Virus record (IMG/VR): IMGVR_UViG_3300046028_008890
Span: 1 to 57,322 of that record
Length of the DNA stretch: 57,322 bases
Source: a virus
Taxonomy: Duplodnaviria; Caudoviricetes
Direction: 5' to 3' (one strand)
The notes under the pieces were generated by a model. It worked only from the letters and a program-made list of their open reading frames with translations. It had not been told where the DNA came from and did no database searches. Shown piece by piece: positions 48,797 through 57,322 of this stretch (positions within the stretch are counted from its first letter, which is position 1; each line of letters starts with the position of its first letter). Made by a program: the position numbers and the translations under genes.

Positions 48797-49741
48797 ATGA
48801 AAAAATCAGATTTACATAGAATTGTTCGTGAAGCTATTAAAGAAGTAATAAATGAAGCCGATATATCATCTACTGAAAAAGCAGCTAAAGACGCTGAATT
48901 AAATGCTATTAATAAAAAAATTGCTGCTTTAAATGTTAAAAAAGGCGATTTAGCTTCTGGTAGAGAAGAAGTTGCAGAAGGTGAAATTGATGAAATGGCT
49001 AACGTAGCAGTACGTTATGAGTTAGCTCCGGGTACTAATGCTGGTAGTTTTAGTGGTAAGAAAAATCGTATTATTGCGGCAATGCAAGCTACAGGCGAAC
49101 CAATGTCTAAAATAGATGTAGCAGGTGAATTGGGATATGATAAACAAAATCCAATCAACGCTGATTTTATGGCTCTTGTTGCTGCTGGGGCAATTAACCA
49201 AGCAGGTGGGCAAACAGCACCACGTTTAAATCGTCCACAACCAGCAGCTGCTGAAGTAGGAGATGAAGATGGTGAAGACGCACCAGCAGGATATGAAGGA
49301 CCTGAAGGTGGTATTGAAGGTGATATGAGCGATGAAGAAATTGAAGCATCATTTGCTAAAATGATGGGTGGAGATGAAGAAGAACCAGAAGCAGGTGAAA
49401 TTGAAACCTCTAATGTTTCAGCAGGCGGTATGTCAGATGATGATTATGAAGCATTTATGCAATATTCAGATTTAGAAAATCGTTTATCTAAAGTAAAAAG
49501 CGACATATTAAAAGCAAAACGCTCTAGACCATCTATGGGTGATCTTACAGATACACCATCGAATGAATTACAAAATTTACGTGATCTTAAAGCTAGATTA
49601 CAAACTAAAATGGATGGTTTATTAGCAGGTAGTGAATATTTACAAAAGCGTCAATCTAAAATGACTAAAAAAGCGGAGCCCGAAGAATTAAGTGAGTGGA
49701 CTAAAAATAGAATGCAGTTTTATGCAGGAATTATAAAATAA
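48797..49741 (+). CDS. acidic hypothetical head protein
   Basis: LHRIVREAIKEVINE leader; RMQFYAGIIK end. Confidence 0.8.
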   Translation: MKKSDLHRIVREAIKEVINEADISSTEKAAKDAELNAINKKIAALNVKKGDLASGREEVAEGEIDEMANVAVRYELAPGTNAGSFSGKKNRIIAAMQATGEPMSKIDVAGELGYDKQNPINADFMALVAAGAINQAGGQTAPRLNRPQPAAAEVGDEDGEDAPAGYEGPEGGIEGDMSDEEIEASFAKMMGGDEEEPEAGEIETSNVSAGGMSDDDYEAFMQYSDLENRLSKVKSDILKAKRSRPSMGDLTDTPSNELQNLRDLKARLQTKMDGLLAGSEYLQKRQSKMTKKAEPEELSEWTKNRMQFYAGIIK

Positions 49742-49745
49742 AAAC

Positions 49746-50432
49746 ATGAAAAAATTAGTTTTACCTTTAGTTATTATTGTTTTATTATTTTGGGTCATTA
49801 ATGATAAATGTAATAATAGCAATAATAACAGTAAATTAACAAAAGAATTTAAACTTAAACAAGATAGTTTAGATCATGTTATTGATTCTTTAAAATTTGA
49901 TATAACAAAAAAAGATTCTACAATTTATGAACTATATAAAAAAGATCTTGAATTAAATTATTTATTAATGCATCAAGAAGAAAAAATTAAATATATTACC
50001 AAATATGTTGATTCTTCAAAAGATAAAATTGATAAATACTCGGCTCCCGAATTAGTGTCTTCACTTAATCAGCGATATCCAAAAGATACTACTAATACGC
50101 CCCTATTAATAGCAAAACCTGTACTACAAGCTTCGGCTAAAGATTTAGCTGAATTAGATGGTGCTAGAGAAACAATGATATTAAAAGATAGTATTATTAG
50201 TTTAACTCAAACAAAAGTAGTTATTAGAGATAGTGTTATAACTGAATTTAAAAATAAAGAAGTTAATTATAAAATAGCAGATTCTATAAAAACTACTCAA
50301 ATTGGAGATTGGAAAGTTCAATATAAAGTAGTTCAAACAGAAAATAAAAAATTAAAATTTCAAAAGCAATTTTCTAAAGTAATGGGCAGTATTATTGCTG
50401 CGGTATTAGCATTTTTATATATATCCAAATAG
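49746..50432 (+). CDS. membrane-anchored coiled-coil protein (spanin-like?)
   Basis: Hydrophobic N- and C-termini flanking a coiled coil. Confidence 0.6.
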   Translation: MKKLVLPLVIIVLLFWVINDKCNNSNNNSKLTKEFKLKQDSLDHVIDSLKFDITKKDSTIYELYKKDLELNYLLMHQEEKIKYITKYVDSSKDKIDKYSAPELVSSLNQRYPKDTTNTPLLIAKPVLQASAKDLAELDGARETMILKDSIISLTQTKVVIRDSVITEFKNKEVNYKIADSIKTTQIGDWKVQYKVVQTENKKLKFQKQFSKVMGSIIAAVLAFLYISK

Positions 50433-50483
50433 TTCTACCTTAGGAACACTCCGTTTAGCATTTTAGACCGATGCGAAAACAAT

Positions 50484-50512
50484 AAGCCTGACCCGTAAGT
50501 CAGGCTTTTTTT
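50484..50512 (+). terminator. rho-independent terminator
   Basis: AAGCCTGAC-ccgtaa-GTCAGGCTT followed by a T run. Confidence 0.85.
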
Positions 50513-50526
50513 GTATATTTATATAT

Positions 50527-51051
50527 ATGAGTACATCAACTAAAATATATCTAGTAGAAAATATAAAACCAGGTACTAATAAGGTTTATATTGGTAAAAC
50601 CAAAAATGATGACCGGTTTTATGGACATCAAACTAAATATGGTCTACAGATACAGTATACTATAATAGATGAAATAAATTCACTAAATCATAATGATTGG
50701 GAACCTTTAGAAACATATTGGATTGAGCAATTTAGGCAATGGGGGTTTGAAGTAGTAAATAAACGAAAAAAAGGAGGAAGTGGTCCTATTTCACATACTG
50801 AAGAAACAAAACAAAAAATCCGTAAAGGTAAAATAGGTCATGAATGTTATAACAACATAGAAAGAAATAATAAAATTAGTAAAGCATTACAAAATCATTC
50901 AAAACATTATACTGAAGATATAATTCAAAAAATGAAAAAACCAAAACCTGAAGGCTTTGGAGAATTATTGAGTCAAATAAAAAAAGGTAAACCTAGACCT
51001 GATTTAAAAGGTAGAGTAAGCCCTAATAAAGGTAAAACAAAACAAAAATGA
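50527..51051 (+). CDS. GIY-YIG-like homing endonuclease
   Basis: KIYLV...VYIGKT...E.YWI...N; HTEETKQKI. Confidence 0.8.
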   Translation: MSTSTKIYLVENIKPGTNKVYIGKTKNDDRFYGHQTKYGLQIQYTIIDEINSLNHNDWEPLETYWIEQFRQWGFEVVNKRKKGGSGPISHTEETKQKIRKGKIGHECYNNIERNNKISKALQNHSKHYTEDIIQKMKKPKPEGFGELLSQIKKGKPRPDLKGRVSPNKGKTKQK

Positions 51052-52628
51052 ATCAGACAAATATTAAAGAAATAATTAAACAAGAATATATAAAATGTTA
51101 TTCTGATCCAATTCATTTTTTCCGCAAATACTGTTACATTACACACCCTATTAAAGGAAGAGTATTGTTTCATCTATACCCATTCCAGGAAGAGGTATTA
51201 AATGAGTTTAGAAATAATCGTTTTAGTATTATTAATAAATCAAGACAGCTAGGTATATCAACACTGTCTGCAGGATATTCATTGTGGACAATGCTATTTA
51301 ACAAAGATAAAACAGTACTTTGTATAGCAACTAAACAAGAAACTGCTAAAGGGATGGTTGAAAAGGTACAATTTATGTACAATAATTTACCCTCTTGGCT
51401 AAAAGGCAATCAAAAACCTGTATCAGATAATAAATTATCATTAAAATTAGCTAATAATTCTCAAATTGTAGCTACATCAGCCGCATCAGATGCTGGTCGA
51501 TCTTACGCAGTATCTTTATTATTAATAGATGAGGCTGCGTTTATTGAAGGTATTGATAAAATATATACAAGTATTAAACCTACAATTGCTACTGGTGGAG
51601 GTATCATTGCATTATCTTCTCCAAATGGAGTTGGTAACTGGTTTCATAGAATGTATACTGAGGCTGAAATAAGTAAAAATGATTTCAAAGCAATTAAATT
51701 AAGATGGAATTTACACCCCGATAGAGATGAGGCCTGGGAGCAAAGAGAAAGAACAAATATGTCACCTCGTGAATTTGCTCAAGAGTATGACTGTGACTTT
51801 TTAGGCTCTGGAAACTCAGTAGTTGAACCTGATTTATTATCATTTTATGAAGAAACATTTATACAAGATCCTATCGAGCGCCGCTTTATGGGTGGTGATT
51901 TTTGGGTTTGGCAGTACCCTAATTATAGTAAGCAGTATATTGTATGTGCTGATGTGGCTCGCGGTGACAGTAGTGACTATTCTGCATTCCATATCATCGA
52001 TGCGACAACGTGTGAGCAAGTGGCTGAATATAAATCGCAAATTGATACCCGCACTTTTGGAAATATGCTTGTTTCTGTTGCTACTGAGTATAACAATGCT
52101 TTACTGGTGGTCGAGAATGCAAATATCGGATGGGATGTAATTAATACAATTATAGAAAAAGGATATCAAAAATTATATTATTCACCTCGTACTTATGGTG
52201 AGGTAAATATAGATAAATGGATGGATAAAATGGAAAAGGAACAAACCGTTCCTGGTTTTACTACATCCGCTAAAACAAGACCACTTGTTGTAGCAAAAAT
52301 GGAGTCGTATATTCGTGAAAAGGCTTTTATTTTTCGTTCTAAACGTTTATTAGAAGAATTACGTGTGTTTATTTGGCAACATGGTAAGGCTCAAGCACAA
52401 AACGGATATAATGACGACTTAGTAATGTCACTAGGAATAGGATTATTTGTAAGAGATACAGCAATGAAATTTTACGAACAAGGAATGGATTTAAATCGAG
52501 CAATGGTATCTAATATTACTAGAACAAGCTATGAGATGGGTCCATTATTACCTACTGGACAACCAAACCCATTTGCGATGAATGACGGCCGCGGGGGATT
52601 TGAAGACGTATCATGGATATTAAGCTAA
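51048..52628 (+). CDS. terL: terminase large subunit (T4 gp17-like)
   Basis: KSRQLGIST, LLIDEAAF, SSPNG, DVARG..D.S, NDDLVM. Confidence 0.95.
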   Translation: MNQTNIKEIIKQEYIKCYSDPIHFFRKYCYITHPIKGRVLFHLYPFQEEVLNEFRNNRFSIINKSRQLGISTLSAGYSLWTMLFNKDKTVLCIATKQETAKGMVEKVQFMYNNLPSWLKGNQKPVSDNKLSLKLANNSQIVATSAASDAGRSYAVSLLLIDEAAFIEGIDKIYTSIKPTIATGGGIIALSSPNGVGNWFHRMYTEAEISKNDFKAIKLRWNLHPDRDEAWEQRERTNMSPREFAQEYDCDFLGSGNSVVEPDLLSFYEETFIQDPIERRFMGGDFWVWQYPNYSKQYIVCADVARGDSSDYSAFHIIDATTCEQVAEYKSQIDTRTFGNMLVSVATEYNNALLVVENANIGWDVINTIIEKGYQKLYYSPRTYGEVNIDKWMDKMEKEQTVPGFTTSAKTRPLVVAKMESYIREKAFIFRSKRLLEELRVFIWQHGKAQAQNGYNDDLVMSLGIGLFVRDTAMKFYEQGMDLNRAMVSNITRTSYEMGPLLPTGQPNPFAMNDGRGGFEDVSWILS

Positions 52629-52656
52629 TAAATATTTATACATATAAAACAACATA

Positions 52657-54546
52657 ATGGCAGATAACCAACCAGGTTTATTTAATAGATTGACACGCTT
52701 ATTTAGTACTGATGTAATCATACGAAATGTAGGCGGTACTCAATTAAAGGTAATGGATGTAGATAAAATCCAAGCCTTCGGTAACGTAAAAACTAACGCA
52801 CTTATAGATAGATTTACTAAACTTCATCGTTATGGCGCTAATATGCCTTATAACCCAACGATGAACTACCAGACACTTCGTATTCAGTTGTATACTGATT
52901 ATGAAGCAATGGATACTGATTCTATTATCGCTTCAACCCTAGACATTATCTCAGATGAATCTACTCTTAAAAACGAAATGGGAGAAGTATTACAAATTAG
53001 AAGTGCAGACGAAAATATTCAAAGAATATTATATAATTTATTCTACGATATTTTAAATATTGAATTTAATTTATGGTTGTGGGTTAGAAACATGTGTAAG
53101 TATGGTGATTTTTATCTACATATGGAGGTTGCTGAACAATTTGGTATTTACAACGTAACACCATTATCAGTATATGATATGGTTCGTGAAGAAGGGCAAA
53201 ATCCTGAAAATCCATCTTATGTATGTTTTAGAATTGATCCAATGGTAATTGCTGCTGGTGGTATTAGTTCACGTGTTAAAGATAGAGATGGTAAAATTAA
53301 ATTTGAAAACTACGAAATAGCTCACTTTAGACTATTAACTGATGCTAACTATTTACCTTATGGTCGTTCATATATTGAACCTGCTCGTAAGACTTATAAG
53401 CAATATGTACTAATGAAAGATGCGATGTTGCTACATCGTATTACTCGTGCCCCAGAAAAACGTGTATTTACTGTAAATGTTGGTAATATACCACCACATG
53501 AAGTAGATGCATACATGCAGAAGATAATACAGAAGATGAAGAAAACTCCGTACATGGATCATCAAACGGGTGATTATAATCTTCGCTATAATTTACAAAA
53601 CATGATGGAGGATTTTTATCTTCCAACTCGTGGAAATGATACAGCAACTAAAATTGATACTCTTAAAGGGTTAGAGTATGGTGGAATTGAAGACGTAGTA
53701 TTCCTACGTGATGAAATGTTAGCTGCTCTTAAAGTTCCAAAAGCATATTTTGGATTTGAAAAAGATCTACAAGGTAAAGCTACATTAGCTGCTGAAGATA
53801 TTAGATTTGCTCGTACAGTTGAACGCATCCAACGTGTAGCAATATCTGAACTATATAAAATGGCATTGGTACATTTATATGTTCAAGGGTATGAAGGTGA
53901 ATCGTTAGCTAATTTTGAACTGTCATTAACTGTTCCCTCAATTATATATGAACAAGAAAAGGTTGCACTATGGAAAGAAAAAGTTGACCTAGCCAAATCA
54001 ATTCAAGATACTAATCTATTACCTTCAGATTGGATTTACGATAATGTATTCCAATTTAGTGAAGATGAATTTGATGAATATCGTGATTTAGTACTTGAAG
54101 ATAAGAAACGTGTATTTAGAATGGCTCAGATTGAAAATGAAGGTAATGATCCGGCTAAAACGGGTAGATCATTCGGTACACCACATGATCTAGCTTCATT
54201 ATATGGTAAAGGTAGAGCTGGAATGAATGTTGATGGTCCTGTACCTCCGGGATATGATGAAAAACGCCCTATTGGTCGTCCTCAAGAAAAAGCATCAATG
54301 ATTAATACACAAGATGATCCATTAGGTAAAGATAGATTGGGTAGAAAAGATAACAATACAATATATACTGCTAATATACCTAGTGAAGATGGTACACCAA
54401 AAGGTGGATCACCTGTTGGGTTATCTGAATTAAATAAACATAAAGCATTATTTGAAGGAATGAATATAGCTCGCAAAAAGTTAGTATTTGAACCAGAACC
54501 GGAATCATCACTATTAGATGAAAAAAATATTAGAAATATACAATAA
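52657..54546 (+). CDS. portal protein (T4 gp20-like)
   Basis: RITRAPEKRVF.V.VGN.P, MMEDFYLP.RG, ALKVPK. Confidence 0.95.
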   Translation: MADNQPGLFNRLTRLFSTDVIIRNVGGTQLKVMDVDKIQAFGNVKTNALIDRFTKLHRYGANMPYNPTMNYQTLRIQLYTDYEAMDTDSIIASTLDIISDESTLKNEMGEVLQIRSADENIQRILYNLFYDILNIEFNLWLWVRNMCKYGDFYLHMEVAEQFGIYNVTPLSVYDMVREEGQNPENPSYVCFRIDPMVIAAGGISSRVKDRDGKIKFENYEIAHFRLLTDANYLPYGRSYIEPARKTYKQYVLMKDAMLLHRITRAPEKRVFTVNVGNIPPHEVDAYMQKIIQKMKKTPYMDHQTGDYNLRYNLQNMMEDFYLPTRGNDTATKIDTLKGLEYGGIEDVVFLRDEMLAALKVPKAYFGFEKDLQGKATLAAEDIRFARTVERIQRVAISELYKMALVHLYVQGYEGESLANFELSLTVPSIIYEQEKVALWKEKVDLAKSIQDTNLLPSDWIYDNVFQFSEDEFDEYRDLVLEDKKRVFRMAQIENEGNDPAKTGRSFGTPHDLASLYGKGRAGMNVDGPVPPGYDEKRPIGRPQEKASMINTQDDPLGKDRLGRKDNNTIYTANIPSEDGTPKGGSPVGLSELNKHKALFEGMNIARKKLVFEPEPESSLLDEKNIRNIQ

Positions 54547-54579
54547 ATACATATTTATCGGTAGTGCATACTTTCTATT

Positions 54580-55434
54580 ATGAAAATAAAACATTCAAAG
54601 TTTAAAAATTCAGGTATACTATTCGAACTATTGGTTCGACAAATAGCATCTGATACAGTGTCTAATAAAGATTCTGCAGCTATTGGAATTGTTAAAAACC
54701 ATTTTAACAAATCTGAATTAGCTAAGGAATATAAATTATATCAAGCGTTAATTACCCCTAGATCTCTTAGCGAAGCTAAAGCTGAAACGTTTATTAATTC
54801 AACGTTAGAGGCTTCTTTGCGTTTGAACAAAACAGCTTTACGTAAAGAGAAATACAATATCATTAAAGAAATTCGTGATCATTATGATATTGAGGAATTT
54901 TTTAAAGCTAAAATCAGTCATTATAAAGAATATGCTGCTGTTTATAATCTAATAGAAGCACACAATTCATTAGAATTTACAGAACCACAACATATTATTG
55001 ATAATAAAGTAACTTTACTTGAACATATTACACGTAAAGAAATCAATAAAGAAAGTGTTAGAGATCGTGTAATGGAAGAATTTACTAATATGGATAAGGG
55101 ATCTCGTATATTAGCTTACCGTATGTTGTTAGAGAAATTTAATAGTAAATATGTTACATTATCTGATCGTCAGAAATTAATATTGAAAGAATTTATTAAT
55201 AATATCACCAATACAACTAAATTACGTGATTTTGTTAATAATAACTTTACTATTATAATCAACGAAATTAATAAAATTATACCTACAGTATCTGACAAAA
55301 CAACTCAGATTAAATTAACTGAGGTAATTACATTATTACATCCACTAGACAAATCACAAAGTGTAAAAGATGAAAATATTATTTCACTTTTACAATATTA
55401 TCAATTAATTGAAGAATTAAAAACTGTTAAATAG
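54580..55434 (+). CDS. hypothetical head morphogenesis protein
   Basis: ORF after the portal with a late promoter. Confidence 0.8.
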   Translation: MKIKHSKFKNSGILFELLVRQIASDTVSNKDSAAIGIVKNHFNKSELAKEYKLYQALITPRSLSEAKAETFINSTLEASLRLNKTALRKEKYNIIKEIRDHYDIEEFFKAKISHYKEYAAVYNLIEAHNSLEFTEPQHIIDNKVTLLEHITRKEINKESVRDRVMEEFTNMDKGSRILAYRMLLEKFNSKYVTLSDRQKLILKEFINNITNTTKLRDFVNNNFTIIINEINKIIPTVSDKTTQIKLTEVITLLHPLDKSQSVKDENIISLLQYYQLIEELKTVK

Positions 55435-55964
55435 TGGATATTAAAGAATATATTAAATCACTTGTACGCGAAATGCTAGACGAAATGTCTGTTTCTGGCG
55501 ACGCTGGTGGTTATTTAACTCCTCAAGCATTTGCTAAAAAAGGTCAAGGACCAAACGCCGCTACTAAACAAGCACAAAGATCAGGATGGAAACTAGCACC
55601 AGGAATGCCTAAAAATTCTAAAGTGCTTGATTATAAAGAATTATGGAAAGGTAAAAAATCTGCTATGAACGAATCACTAATAGATATTATTGAAAAAGAA
55701 TTACTTAATGAAGTAACATATTCTAAATTTAAAAATGATGTTAAATTTCGCACTAAAAACGAACAATTACACAAAGCAATTCGTGAAGTAAAACGCAAAT
55801 TATCTGAAATTGATCGTATTGTAGAATATACATCTCGTATGAAGCAAGAATTAAGTGAAGGTGAAGAAGGTGTAAAATACTGGAAAGCAACACAAAAGAA
55901 TGTTGCTACTATTTCCGAAATGGTAAACCAACTTAACAATAAAATTAAAAATCTACAGCAGTAA
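55434..55964 (+). CDS. hypothetical head protein
   Basis: GTG start; IKSLVREMLDE leader. Confidence 0.75.
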   Translation: MDIKEYIKSLVREMLDEMSVSGDAGGYLTPQAFAKKGQGPNAATKQAQRSGWKLAPGMPKNSKVLDYKELWKGKKSAMNESLIDIIEKELLNEVTYSKFKNDVKFRTKNEQLHKAIREVKRKLSEIDRIVEYTSRMKQELSEGEEGVKYWKATQKNVATISEMVNQLNNKIKNLQQ

Positions 55965-56095
55965 TGGCAAAGGTTAAAGGTGGTGGAACATCACATAAAT
56001 TATCATTCGGTAAACGTAAAAAAGGTAAGGCAAAAAAATCATTTAACAAGCACGATAGAAAATCTCGTGTATATAGAGGACAAGGAAAAGCATAA
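55964..56095 (+). CDS. 43-aa basic protein ending YRGQGKA (not in ORF track)
   Basis: Coupled start (TAATG); the YRGQG ending is recalled from small T4-like phage proteins. Confidence 0.7.
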   Translation: MAKVKGGGTSHKLSFGKRKKGKAKKSFNKHDRKSRVYRGQGKA

Positions 56096-56100
56096 TAACT

Positions 56101-57322
56101 ATGAAAAGTATAAAAACACAGTACATTGACTTAATGGAAGGTAGAATGTCACAATATAACTTCATGAGAAGTTTACGTATGTCATTACCTCAATACATTA
56201 CTAATGTAACTTCATTTAAAGATTCAGTTAAAATCCTTAAAAATAAGGGTATATTAAGTGAAAATATGGATATAAAAGATGAAGATGAAGAATTCATTGA
56301 TATGATTGCTAAAGCTGAAGATGAAGAAGCAGGTAAATATACTAAATTTGATGACTTTGAAGGTGGGCTTAGTGAAAAAGCTTTCGATGGTCTTAAAATT
56401 GAGTGGGACTGGGATAATGCTGATGTTGATTATGATACCGATGAAGAAGGTAATGAAGGAGCTTTTGGCACTGTATTTGGAAGAGATGAAAACGGTAATG
56501 CTTATTCAGCTAGATTCGATGCTCCAGTTATAGGTGGTGATGCTGATTTTGATAGTGCAGGTGTTTCAGACATCGAAAAAACAGAAGACGCTAGTGAATT
56601 ATATGAAGGTAAAAAGAAAAGAGAACCTAAAAAAGAATTACATCCAAATCAAATCCATCCACAAGAATTAAGGATGGGTATTAAAGTTGAATTGGAACAT
56701 ACAGATGATATAGATAAAGCTAAAAAAATTGCTTTAGACCATTTAGCTGAAAATCCATTCTATTACACCGCACTTAAACTTTCAGGAATTGAATCACCTT
56801 CAGCTCCTAAAGCTAAACCTCCTGTAGCATTTAAAAAAGAAGTAGCAGCTGAAACTGAATTAGTTGATAAAGTAAATGCAATGAAACCTGTTAAAGGCTT
56901 TGAAAAAGCTAAAGCATCATCAAACAAAGCTAAAAAAGAAACTAACAGCGGTGTTAAAGGTGTTAGTGAATTAACTCATAACGCTAAATCAGTTCGTGGT
57001 TTACAAAAGTTTAAACCTACTGGTGGTAAAATGAAAACTATTAAATCACTACAAGAAGCTAAACTAAATATAAGAGGTGAACCTAATGAAATTGTAAAAA
57101 AAGCTATGGGATATGTTGATGGTCCTAATGCCAACCCAACATTAAAAGCTTTATCTGATAAAATTGAATTTCAACAAAACCCAAATAACCCAGATGAAGC
57201 TATTCTAAGATATGATTATTGGAATATTTTACCTAAAGAAGCAATTGAAAAACTAGCATTACAGTTTAATGTCATGGCTGATTCTGATGAAATGGATGAT
57301 CAACTTCCAATTCATTATTCCT
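56101..57322 (+). CDS. 5' part of a large head-associated protein, running off the window
   Basis: Open from ATG 56101; contains ELRMGIKVELEH...IALDHLAENPFYY module. Confidence 0.8.
   Translation, partial: MKSIKTQYIDLMEGRMSQYNFMRSLRMSLPQYITNVTSFKDSVKILKNKGILSENMDIKDEDEEFIDMIAKAEDEEAGKYTKFDDFEGGLSEKAFDGLKIEWDWDNADVDYDTDEEGNEGAFGTVFGRDENGNAYSARFDAPVIGGDADFDSAGVSDIEKTEDASELYEGKKKREPKKELHPNQIHPQELRMGIKVELEHTDDIDKAKKIALDHLAENPFYYTALKLSGIESPSAPKAKPPVAFKKEVAAETELVDKVNAMKPVKGFEKAKASSNKAKKETNSGVKGVSELTHNAKSVRGLQKFKPTGGKMKTIKSLQEAKLNIRGEPNEIVKKAMGYVDGPNANPTLKALSDKIEFQQNPNNPDEAILRYDYWNILPKEAIEKLALQFNVMADSDEMDDQLPIHYS

Noticed and set aside
132-55939. Other short antisense or nested ORFs in the track (e.g. 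132-476, 14230-14433, 33881-34129, 53616-53828, 55631-55939)
   Set aside because: Largely or fully overlap well-supported + strand genes
56306-56533. 75-aa ORF in the track
   Set aside because: Out of frame within the larger ORF starting at 56101
1-57322. Stop-codon reassignment, tRNA/rRNA genes, introns or inteins in terL/portal/primase
   Set aside because: Core genes read full length in the standard code, TAG and TGA end genes at sensible places, and no cloverleaf or intein motifs were recognised by eye

Overview
Segment of a large, AT-rich, T4-superfamily-like myovirus genome. The host is probably Bacteroidota: promoters resemble TTTG-N20-TAnnTTTR and leaders are A-rich with no Shine-Dalgarno. 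Bases ~1-8000 form an early/accessory array of small genes, nearly each with its own copy of a conserved promoter, often overlapped by a hairpin. The rest encodes a gp55-like sigma factor, baseplate/tail genes, a GH19 endolysin, a glycosylation cassette, primase, exonuclease, many probable head-packaged proteins, homing endonucleases, terminase and portal. The most striking signal is 5007-6965: 1959 nt with only ONE cytosine on the + strand, yet with seven intact genes. It is bracketed by a 29-bp hairpin direct repeat, and its promoters are C-to-T versions of the phage's own motif. Second, a tail gene is split by a Thr-rich mucin-like stalk plus a putative protein O-glycosylation cassette. All calls come from reading the sequence by eye; no searches were run.
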